Shown here piece by piece: positions 9,795 through 17,821 of a DNA stretch of 64,000 bases (position 1 is the stretch's first letter; each line of letters opens with the position of its first letter). A model generated the notes under the pieces. The model saw nothing but the letters and a program-made list of their open reading frames with translations. It was not told the origin of the DNA and ran no database searches. The stretch covers positions 510 through 64,509 of the forward strand of contig VXNL01000047.1 in assembly GCA_009840635.1 (NCBI GenBank). The letters run 5' to 3'. A program made the position numbers and the translations under genes. Origin of the DNA: Acidobacteriota bacterium. Its GTDB lineage: Bacteria; Acidobacteriota; Vicinamibacteria; Marinacidobacterales; Marinacidobacteraceae.

Positions 9795-10586
9795 GTGGAG
9801 AGTGGAATGAGCGAGACCAGTTTTTCCGACACGGCGGCGGGTAACGGAGCCGCCGCAGAAGCCATGGTGGACGTGCGAAGCGTGAGCCGGACGTTCCACC
9901 GGGGCCGCACCCCGGTTCCGGTGTTGAAGGACCTCAGCCTGCGGATGGAGAAGGGGGAGTTCCTGGCGCTGATGGGCCCCTCCGGTTCCGGGAAGTCGAC
10001 GCTGCTCAACCTCATCGCCGGGCTCGACCGGCCGACCGGCGGCGAGGTGATCGTGGGCGGTTCGGAGATCCACCGTCTTTCCGAGCGGAAGCTCGCCGGC
10101 TGGCGGGCGCGCAACATCGGCTTCGTCTTCCAGTTCTCGAACCTGCTGGGAGCCTTGAGCGCCGAGCGGAACGTGGCGGTGCCGCTGCTGCTGACCTCGT
10201 TCTCGGCCCGGGAGCGGCGCCGGCGGGTCGACATCGCGCTCGAAATCGTCGGGCTTTCGGAGCGCGGCAAGCACCGTCCCCGGGAGCTCTCGGGGGGTGA
10301 GCAACAGCGTGTCGGGATCGCCCGCGCGCTGGTGAACGATCCGATGCTCCTCGTCTGCGACGAGCCGACCGGGGACCTCGACCGGACCACGAGCGGGGAA
10401 ATCCTGGATCTGCTGGCGGCCCTCAACCGGGACCACGGAAAGACCATCCTGATGGTTACCCACGACCCGGTGGCGGCCGAGCGGGCGTCACGAACCCTGC
10501 ATCTCGAGGACGGCCGGCTCGCGGAATGCGGGCACGACGGAACCATCGTGATGCCGACGCACGAACCGGCGGGAGCGGCGGTGTGA
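9795..10586 (+). CDS. ABC transporter ATP-binding protein (MacB/LolD-type)
   Basis: Walker A GPSGSGKST, signature LSGGEQQR, Walker B LLVCDEPTGDLD. The ATG at 9807 carries a GGAGAG SD and is the more likely start. Confidence 0.9.
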   Translation: MESGMSETSFSDTAAGNGAAAEAMVDVRSVSRTFHRGRTPVPVLKDLSLRMEKGEFLALMGPSGSGKSTLLNLIAGLDRPTGGEVIVGGSEIHRLSERKLAGWRARNIGFVFQFSNLLGALSAERNVAVPLLLTSFSARERRRRVDIALEIVGLSERGKHRPRELSGGEQQRVGIARALVNDPMLLVCDEPTGDLDRTTSGEILDLLAALNRDHGKTILMVTHDPVAAERASRTLHLEDGRLAECGHDGTIVMPTHEPAGAAV

Positions 10587-11743
10587 GTTCGTTCACCCTG
10601 ATCAGCGCGGCGCTTCGGCGCAAGAAGACGCGGACCTTCCTGACTTTTTCGTCCGTGGTCTTCGCGTTCCTGATCTTCGGGGTCCTCTCGATGCTCCAGA
10701 CCGCGTTCTCCATGGGAGCCGAGATCGCCAACGAGGACCGGCTGGTGGTGCGCCACCGGGTTTCGCTCTTCCAGCTCCTGCCGCAGTCCTACGAGGCCGA
10801 CATGGAGGAGATCCCGGGCGTCGTGGACGCCATGCACATGACCTGGTTCGGCGGGGTCTACCAGGATCCGTCCAACTTCTTCATGCAGTCCCCGGTGGAG
10901 CCCGCGGAGTACCTCGACATGTACCCGGAGATCTTGATCCCCGACGAGGCGAAACTTCGCTGGATCGAGACCCGGAACGGGGCGATCGTCGGCCGGGCGC
11001 TCGTCGAGCGGCTCGGATGGGAAGTCGGGGACCGCATCCCGATTCAGCCGACGATCTGGCGGCAGCAGGGACGCGGAGACGACGCCTGGGAGTTCGAACT
11101 GGTGGGCATCTATGACAGCGACGTCGAGGGCTTCGATCAGACCCAGTTCCTCTTCCGCTACGACTTCTTCGACGAAGCCCGTTCCTTCGGCCGTGGACAG
11201 GTCGGCTGGTTCATGGTGCGGATCGCGGATCCCGACCGGGCGCCGGAGATCGCCGCCGCCATCGATGCCACCTTCCAAAACTCCGCCGCCGAGACGAAGA
11301 GCGAATCCGAGGGGGCCTTCGCCGCCGGGTTCGCCAACCAGGTCGGGAACCTGGGACTGATCGTCACCTCCATCCTCGCCGCGGTCTTCTTCACGATCCT
11401 GCTCGTGGCGGGGAACACGATGGCGCAGTCGGTGCGCGAACGCATCGGTGAGATCGGCCTGCTCAAGGCGCTGGGCTTCACCGGCGCCCGGGTGCAGCGC
11501 CTCGTCCTCATGGAGTCGGTGACTATGGTGACCACCGCCGGATTCCTGGGGATGGTGCTGGCGGTCGGGTTGGAGCGCGTTCTCCGGCCCGCGCTGGCCG
11601 CCTATTTCCCGGGCCTGTTCCTACGGCCCCAGGACCTGCTCCTCGGGCTGGGACTCGCGGTGGTCACGGGCCTGGTGGTGGGGATCTTCCCGGCGCGGCG
11701 GGCCATGCGCCTCGAGACGGCGCTCGCCCTCCGGCGCCTGTAG
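10583..11743 (+). CDS. ABC transporter permease, FtsX-like (MacB-type), copy 1
   Basis: GTG at 10583 overlaps the ATPase stop (GTGA). It has an N-terminal TM helix, a large periplasmic domain and a C-terminal FtsX-like block of 3 TM helices. Confidence 0.85.
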   Translation: MSSFTLISAALRRKKTRTFLTFSSVVFAFLIFGVLSMLQTAFSMGAEIANEDRLVVRHRVSLFQLLPQSYEADMEEIPGVVDAMHMTWFGGVYQDPSNFFMQSPVEPAEYLDMYPEILIPDEAKLRWIETRNGAIVGRALVERLGWEVGDRIPIQPTIWRQQGRGDDAWEFELVGIYDSDVEGFDQTQFLFRYDFFDEARSFGRGQVGWFMVRIADPDRAPEIAAAIDATFQNSAAETKSESEGAFAAGFANQVGNLGLIVTSILAAVFFTILLVAGNTMAQSVRERIGEIGLLKALGFTGARVQRLVLMESVTMVTTAGFLGMVLAVGLERVLRPALAAYFPGLFLRPQDLLLGLGLAVVTGLVVGIFPARRAMRLETALALRRL

Positions 11744-11751
11744 GGGGAGTC

Positions 11752-12948
11752 ATGCGTCTTGGATCCTTCATCCGCCAGTGTCAGGCGGTGACCCGCTACA
11801 ACCTGGAGACGATCTGGGAGCGGCGCGCCGTTTCGGTGGTCGCGATCTTCGGCATCGCCGGGGTGGTCGGCGTCATGGTGGCCGTCCTGTCGATGGCCGC
11901 CGGTTTCCGTGCGGTAGTGACCGGGCAGGCGCGGGACGACGTGGCGGTGGTGCTGCGGAGCGGCGCCACCGGCGCATCGGACAGCATCCTGAACCACCAG
12001 GACATCCAGGTCCTCTGGGAGGCGCCGGGAGTGGCGCGCGGCCCGGACGGCCCGCTCGTCTCGCCGGAGCTGTTCGTGATCATCGACCGCAAGAAGATCG
12101 GCGCCGGCACCGACGCCAACGTCCCGCTACGGGGCGTCGAAGCGGCCGGTTTCGCGCTGCGGGAGCAGTTCGAGATCGTCGAGGGCCGGAACTTCGAGCC
12201 CGGCCGGAACGAGGTGATCGTCGGCGACGGGGCGGCGGGCGCCTTCGAGGGCCTGCGAGTCGGCGACCGGATCGACGTGGGCCGCGCCTCGTGGGACGTC
12301 GTCGGCCGGTTCACCACCGGCGGCGGGGTCGCCGAATCCGAGATCTGGACCGACAACCGCATCCTCCAGCAGATGTATCAGCGCGGCAATTCGTGGAACA
12401 TCGCCCTGGTGCGGTTGAGGGACGCCGAGGCGTTCGAAGGTTTCGAGCAGACGCTCACCGACGATCCGCGGGTCAGCCTCGGCGCCGAGCGGCAGACGAC
12501 CCACATGGCGGCCCAGTCGGCGCCGATCGAGGTCTTCATTTCCGTGGTCGGCTGGATCATCGTGGTCATGATGTCGGCGGGCGCGGTGTTCGCGGCGCTG
12601 AACACCATGTACGCCGCGGTGTCCTCCCGCTCGCGCGAGATCGCGACCCTGCGCGCCCTCGGGTTTTCCCGCCTGCCGGTGGTCGTCTCGGTGATGATCG
12701 AGTCGCTCGTCTTCGGGCTGATCGGCGCCGGCTTCGGAGGGGCTGCCTCCTGGCTCCTCTTCGACGGGTTCCGCGCGGCAACGATCAACTGGGCCTCCTT
12801 CAGCCAGGTGGCCTTCGCCTTCCAGGTGACGCCGGAGCTGCTCGTCCAGGGGACCACCCTGGCCCTCGTCATCGGGGCGATCGGCGGCTTCCTCCCGGCG
12901 GTAGGCGCCGCCCGCCGCAGCGTCGTGGGCGCCCTCCGGGAGCAGTAG
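11752..12948 (+). CDS. ABC transporter permease, FtsX-like, copy 2
   Basis: 398 aa with the same architecture as the upstream permease (MacB-like periplasmic domain plus 3 C-terminal TM helices). Confidence 0.85.
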   Translation: MRLGSFIRQCQAVTRYNLETIWERRAVSVVAIFGIAGVVGVMVAVLSMAAGFRAVVTGQARDDVAVVLRSGATGASDSILNHQDIQVLWEAPGVARGPDGPLVSPELFVIIDRKKIGAGTDANVPLRGVEAAGFALREQFEIVEGRNFEPGRNEVIVGDGAAGAFEGLRVGDRIDVGRASWDVVGRFTTGGGVAESEIWTDNRILQQMYQRGNSWNIALVRLRDAEAFEGFEQTLTDDPRVSLGAERQTTHMAAQSAPIEVFISVVGWIIVVMMSAGAVFAALNTMYAAVSSRSREIATLRALGFSRLPVVVSVMIESLVFGLIGAGFGGAASWLLFDGFRAATINWASFSQVAFAFQVTPELLVQGTTLALVIGAIGGFLPAVGAARRSVVGALREQ

Positions 12949-12949
12949 G

Positions 12950-15070
12950 TCAGTTCAGGCCGCGCCGCCGGAGCAGGGGCTCGACCTCCGGGTCCCGCCC
13001 GCGGAAGGTGCGGAAGAGGTCCATGGCCTCGATGCTGCCCCCCTTCGAGAGCAGGGTCTCGCGGAAGTGGTCGCCGTTTTCCCGCAGCAGTCCGTCGTTC
13101 TCCCGGAACCACTCCACGGAGTCGGCGTCGAGGACCTCGCTCCAGATGTAGGAGTAGTAGCCGGCCGAGTAGCCGCTGCTCCAGATGTGGGAGAAGTAGG
13201 TGGTGCGGTAGCGCGGCGGCACCGGTGCGAAGGCGATTCCCGCCTCCTCGAGCGCCGCTTCCTCGAACGCGAGCACCCCATCCGCATCGGGCGTCTCACC
13301 GACGCCGAGCTGGTGCCAGGCGAGGTCGAGCAGCGTGGCGGCGAGGTACTCGGTGGTCGCGAAGCCCTGGTTGAAAGTGCGCGCCGAGAGCACCCGGTCG
13401 AGGAGGTCGCCCGGGATCGGTTCGCCGGTCTCGTGGTGGACGGCGTAGTTCCGGAGCACCTCCGGCCAGGTCGCCCACATCTCGTTCACCTGCGAGGGGT
13501 ATTCCACGAAGTCGCGCGGAACCGAGGTCCCGGCGAAATAGGGGTAGCGGACGTTCGAGAAGAGACCGTGCAGCGCGTGCCCGAACTCGTGGAACAGGGT
13601 GATGACCTCGTCGAAGGTCAGCAGCGTGGGTTCGCCTTCGGGGGGCTTGGGGACGTTCAGGTGGTTGGCGACCACCGGCTGCGTCCCGAGCAGGCCGGAC
13701 TGGGAGACGTAGGCGTTCATCCAGGCCCCGCCCCGCTTAGACGGCCGGGCGTAGAAGTCGCCGATGAAGAGCCCGAGCGGGGTGCCGTCCTCCTCGAACA
13801 CTTCCCAGATGCGGACGTCCGGGTGATAGACGGGCAGTTCGGGCCGTTCTTCGAAGGTCAGCCCGAAGAGCTGGTTGGCGGCGAAGAAGACCCCGTTCAC
13901 CAGCACCCCGTCCATCTCGAAGTAGGGCCGGAGCTCGGAGGCGTCGAAGGAGAACCGCTCGGCTCGCAGCTTCTCGGAGTAGTAGGACCAGTCCCAGGCC
14001 GCGATCTCGATGTCGGCGCCCTCGGAGCGGGCCAGTTCCGCCAGGTCCTCGGCTTCCCGGCGCGCATTGGCTACGGCCCTCGGGGTGAGACCGGAAAGCC
14101 GTCCGTCGACCGCCTCGATGGTCTGCGCCGTCTGTTCCTCGAGGATGTAGGCGGCGTGGTGCGGGTAGCCGAGCAGTGCGGCGCGCTCGGCGCGGAGGGC
14201 GGCGATCTGCACCACCGCCTCGCGGTTGTCATGCTCCCCGCCGCGGCTCCCCCGCGCCAGCGAGGTCTTCATGATCCGCTCGCGGAGCGCGCGGTCCTCG
14301 AGCGACGAGAGCGCCGGTTGTCCGCTGGTGTTGAGGAGCGCGATGACGTACTTGCCATCGAGGTCGCGGGCCTTCGCGGCTTCGGCCGCCGCGGCGATCT
14401 CTCCCTCGGAGAGTCCGGCGAGTTCCTCGGCCGAATCCACCACGACCGCCGATGCGTTCACCTCGTCGAGGGTGTTCTCGCTGAAGGCCGCTGAAAGGGA
14501 GGCGAGTTCGGCGTTGATCTCCCGCATCCGGTCCTTTTCGGACTCGGCGAGCAGGGCGCCGGCGCGGGTGAAGTCCCGCCGGTACTGCTCCACGAGGCGT
14601 ACCTCCTCGGGTGAAAGTCCGAGGTCGTTCCGGGATTCGTAGAGCGACTCCACCCGGCCGAAGAGATCGGCGTTCAGCAGGATCTGGTCGGAGTGGGCGG
14701 CGAGCTTCGGAGCCATCTCGGCGCGAATGGCGTTGATCTCGTCGTTCGTGTCCGCGGAAGACAGGCTGAAGAAGACCCGCGCCACCCGGTCGAGCAGCCG
14801 GCCCGACCGTTCGATCGGCACCAGGGTGTTGTCGAAGGTGGCCGGTTCCGGGGACGACGCGATGGCCTCGATCTCCTCGAGGTGCTCGGCCATGCCGCGG
14901 TCGAACGCCGCCCGGTAGTGGCCGTCCTCGATGAGGTCGAAATGGGGCAGTCCGTAGGGCAGCGTGCTCTCGGTGAAGAACGGGTTGTCAGCCACGTCGT
15001 CCTCCGGCGGCGTGCAACCTGCCGCCAACCACAGGGCCGCCGCGGCGGCCGCAACAAAGCGATGGTTCAT
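12950..15070 (-). CDS. dcp: M3 family metallopeptidase, peptidyl-dipeptidase Dcp-like lipoprotein
   Basis: 706 aa. Zincin motif HEFGHALH, lipobox LAAGC, and M3 similarity along the full length. Confidence 0.9.
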   Translation of the reverse strand: MNHRFVAAAAAALWLAAGCTPPEDDVADNPFFTESTLPYGLPHFDLIEDGHYRAAFDRGMAEHLEEIEAIASSPEPATFDNTLVPIERSGRLLDRVARVFFSLSSADTNDEINAIRAEMAPKLAAHSDQILLNADLFGRVESLYESRNDLGLSPEEVRLVEQYRRDFTRAGALLAESEKDRMREINAELASLSAAFSENTLDEVNASAVVVDSAEELAGLSEGEIAAAAEAAKARDLDGKYVIALLNTSGQPALSSLEDRALRERIMKTSLARGSRGGEHDNREAVVQIAALRAERAALLGYPHHAAYILEEQTAQTIEAVDGRLSGLTPRAVANARREAEDLAELARSEGADIEIAAWDWSYYSEKLRAERFSFDASELRPYFEMDGVLVNGVFFAANQLFGLTFEERPELPVYHPDVRIWEVFEEDGTPLGLFIGDFYARPSKRGGAWMNAYVSQSGLLGTQPVVANHLNVPKPPEGEPTLLTFDEVITLFHEFGHALHGLFSNVRYPYFAGTSVPRDFVEYPSQVNEMWATWPEVLRNYAVHHETGEPIPGDLLDRVLSARTFNQGFATTEYLAATLLDLAWHQLGVGETPDADGVLAFEEAALEEAGIAFAPVPPRYRTTYFSHIWSSGYSAGYYSYIWSEVLDADSVEWFRENDGLLRENGDHFRETLLSKGGSIEAMDLFRTFRGRDPEVEPLLRRRGLN

Positions 15071-15153
15071 GATGGGAACTCCCGTCGGCGGCGCCGGCGA
15101 ATCGGGTCTCGCCGAGCTTCCGCAGGCCGCAATTCTGTCGCGGCCGGCCGCCG

Positions 15154-17460
15154 CTACCGCCGGTAGGAGTGGGCGCGACGCACTTCGCGTTCCGCTTCCG
15201 CGAGCCGGCCCTGCCGGTTGTAGACGTCGGCGAGGACGAAGTGGCCGAGGGGCGCCATGTCCGGCTCCGGTTCGAGGGAGAGGCCTCGAAGCGCGGTTTC
15301 CTCCGCTTCCCCCAGTTCGCCCCGGTCCAGCAGTGCCTTGGCCAGATAGAGATACCCCACCCCGAATTCGGCGTTGTGCTCGATTGCGGCCCGGAAGGAG
15401 GCCTCCATTCGCTCAGGGTCGCCCATCGCCCCGTAGAGCCTCGCGACGTTGAAGTGGGACCGGAAGTCTCTCGGCGCCATTTCGAGGCGCGTTTCGTAGG
15501 CCTCGATGGCGCGCGAGCCGTCGCCGCGTTCCTCGAAGAGCAGCGCCAGGTTGTACCAGGCGTCCGAGAGCTGGTCGTCCATCTCCAGCGCGAGGCGCAG
15601 TTCGGCCTCGGCTTCGTCGAGGCGGCCGAGGCTCAGCAGGCACTCGCCCTTCAGGTTGCGGGCCGGGGCCCGCTCCTCGCCGGTGGCCTCGAGCCCCGCG
15701 AGCACTTCGAGCGCCGCTTCGTACTCTCCTTCTGCCGCGTGGATCTCGGCCAGGTGGTAGTGGGCCTTGTTGTCGTTGGGGTCCAGTTCCAGCAGGCGCC
15801 GGTAGCCGGCGGCGGCTTCGTCATACCGCTCCGCCAGCCGGTAGGCGTCCGCCAGCCCCAGGATCGCGGACTTGTACTCGGGATCGAGGACCAACGCCTC
15901 CCGGTAGGCGCCGATCGCCCCGTCCCAGTCTTCCCGCTTGACGTGGAGGTTACCGAGGATCAGGTGCGCTTCCAGGATGCCGGGATCGTCGGCGAGAACG
16001 CGCTGCACCTTGGCCATCGCGTCCTCGATCCGGTCTTCGGTGGAGTCGGTGCCGGCTTCCTTCAGCAGGTTGTAGAGGACGATCTTGTCCTTGGGGTCGG
16101 CGAGTTCCTCACCTTCTTCCACCCGGACGCGCGAAGCGCCGCCCAGGTAGCCGAGCGCGGCGAGCTGGGCCCGCGTCTCCTCGTCCAGGGTCTCGGGGGC
16201 CTCTTCGTCGGCTCCTTCCCTCTCGTGCTCGGCCACCACTTGGTCGAGCCGCGCCTGGAGCTGCCGGACCTGGCCCGGTCGTTCGGCGGCGAGATTCCGC
16301 GTCTGGCCCGGGTCCTCGAGCACCTCGAAGAGTTCCGGGCGCGGCGCTGATATGAAGTGGAGCAGGCCGTTCCGGAGGGCGCGGAGCGGAGACCAGCCGT
16401 AGTGGTTCCGGGGATAGAAGCTCTCCGAGTACGCCCAGAGTCCCAGGTCGGTCTCGGTGCCGTCGGCGAGCGGCACGAGGCTCGCGCCCTGCACGTCGCC
16501 GGGGACCTCCACCCCCACCAGGTCGAGGACGGTGGGCATCAGGTCGATCCCACGCACCTGGGCGGGGACGCGCAGTCCGCGGCCGATCTGGCGGTAGGGC
16601 GCCCGGAGCAGGAAGGGCACCTGCATCGCGGCGTCGTAGATGAAGAACCCGTGCGCCCCCTCGCGGTGCCGGCCGAGGCTCTCGCCGTGGTCCCCCATCA
16701 GGACGAGCAGCGTGTCCTCCGCGAGTTCGTTCTCGTCCAGCCAGTCCAGCAACTGCCCGACCAGGGAATCGGTGAACAGCACCTCCGCGTCATAGGAGGC
16801 TTCGGAGTAGCCGCTGACCCGGGAGGCCCACGGCTCCGGGGCCTCGTAGGGCCAGTGCGGGTCGTACAGGTGGATCCAGGAGAAGAACCGGTCCTCCTTC
16901 ACCCCGTCCATCCAGTCGAGCGCCGCCTCGAGAACCTCGTCGCCCGGGCGCTGCACGCTGTCGAGGCTGATCCGCTCGAACTCGCGGAAGTTGAAGTCGT
17001 CGAAGTAGCGGTCGAATCCCTGGTCGAGTCCCCAGCGGGAATCGACGACGAAAGCGGCGACGAACGCGCCGGTCCGGTACCCCGCCGCGTTCAGCGCTTC
17101 GGCGAGGGTCTCGGAGTCCTCCCGGACGTAGTAGCCGCCGTTGTCCCGCACCCCGTTGAACATCGGGTAGGTCCCGGTGAACATGGAGGTGTGGGAGGGC
17201 AGGGTGAGCGGCACGGTGGCGGTCGCCTGCTCGAAGAGGACGCCCTCGGCCGCTATCCGGCCGAAGGCGGTCGTCTGGATCCGGTCGTTGCCGTACTGGG
17301 TCAGGTGACGCGCCGACAGGGTGTCGAGGGTGACCACGACGACGTTGAGCGGCCGGATCGCGTCGGTTCCGCCGGGAAGCCCGGAACACGCCCCCGCGAG
17401 GAGCGCGGCGGCGGCCGCTCCGGCCGCGGAAAACCACCGGCGGAGGCGGGATTCGGTCAC
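15154..17460 (-). CDS. sulfatase-like (alkaline-phosphatase superfamily) hydrolase/transferase fused to C-terminal TPR repeats; lipoprotein
   Basis: 768 aa with lipobox LAGAC. The N-terminal ~450 aa is sulfatase-like, with LPSHTSMFTG in place of the usual CxPSRxxxxTG, so Thr is the likely nucleophile. The C-terminal ~300 aa carry at least six TPR-like repeats. Confidence 0.85.
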   Translation of the reverse strand: MTESRLRRWFSAAGAAAAALLAGACSGLPGGTDAIRPLNVVVVTLDTLSARHLTQYGNDRIQTTAFGRIAAEGVLFEQATATVPLTLPSHTSMFTGTYPMFNGVRDNGGYYVREDSETLAEALNAAGYRTGAFVAAFVVDSRWGLDQGFDRYFDDFNFREFERISLDSVQRPGDEVLEAALDWMDGVKEDRFFSWIHLYDPHWPYEAPEPWASRVSGYSEASYDAEVLFTDSLVGQLLDWLDENELAEDTLLVLMGDHGESLGRHREGAHGFFIYDAAMQVPFLLRAPYRQIGRGLRVPAQVRGIDLMPTVLDLVGVEVPGDVQGASLVPLADGTETDLGLWAYSESFYPRNHYGWSPLRALRNGLLHFISAPRPELFEVLEDPGQTRNLAAERPGQVRQLQARLDQVVAEHEREGADEEAPETLDEETRAQLAALGYLGGASRVRVEEGEELADPKDKIVLYNLLKEAGTDSTEDRIEDAMAKVQRVLADDPGILEAHLILGNLHVKREDWDGAIGAYREALVLDPEYKSAILGLADAYRLAERYDEAAAGYRRLLELDPNDNKAHYHLAEIHAAEGEYEAALEVLAGLEATGEERAPARNLKGECLLSLGRLDEAEAELRLALEMDDQLSDAWYNLALLFEERGDGSRAIEAYETRLEMAPRDFRSHFNVARLYGAMGDPERMEASFRAAIEHNAEFGVGYLYLAKALLDRGELGEAEETALRGLSLEPEPDMAPLGHFVLADVYNRQGRLAEAEREVRRAHSYRR

Positions 17461-17550
17461 GCGGCGATTATCGCCCGAGCCTGGCGCTGGCGCTGATCGG
17501 CGCGCCCGGATTCACTAGCAGCGCTCCGTCACGTCCACGATGGCAGCGCC

Positions 17551-17640
17551 GGTCTGGAAGGCCGGCTTCAGCCGGCACAGCGGGCCGCAGGCCCGCGGAC
17601 GACGTGCCGTCGTCCGCCTTGGGCGACGCAGGTAGGGGAA
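17551..17640. repeat. REP/MITE family A copy; left-arm half only, no right TIR
   Basis: ggtctggaaggccggcttcagccggcacagcgggccgcaggcccgcgg... matches the left half of the 36641-36801 element, including the gccggc-ttca-gccggc hairpin. Confidence 0.5.
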
Positions 17641-17821
17641 CTTCCCGTCTGCCCGTTGAAGTCCGTCCTTCCCGGTTGCCGGAGCCTTCGTGGTTTCCAC
17701 GGGGCTTTCATAGGTTTGGGCCGGTTGACACGCCCTTCCCGAGTCCATACGGTTCGGGATTGGACCGGAGGCGGTTTCGGTCGTCTTCGGGGTCCGCGAC
17801 TTCCATCTTCAGGGGGTTTTG

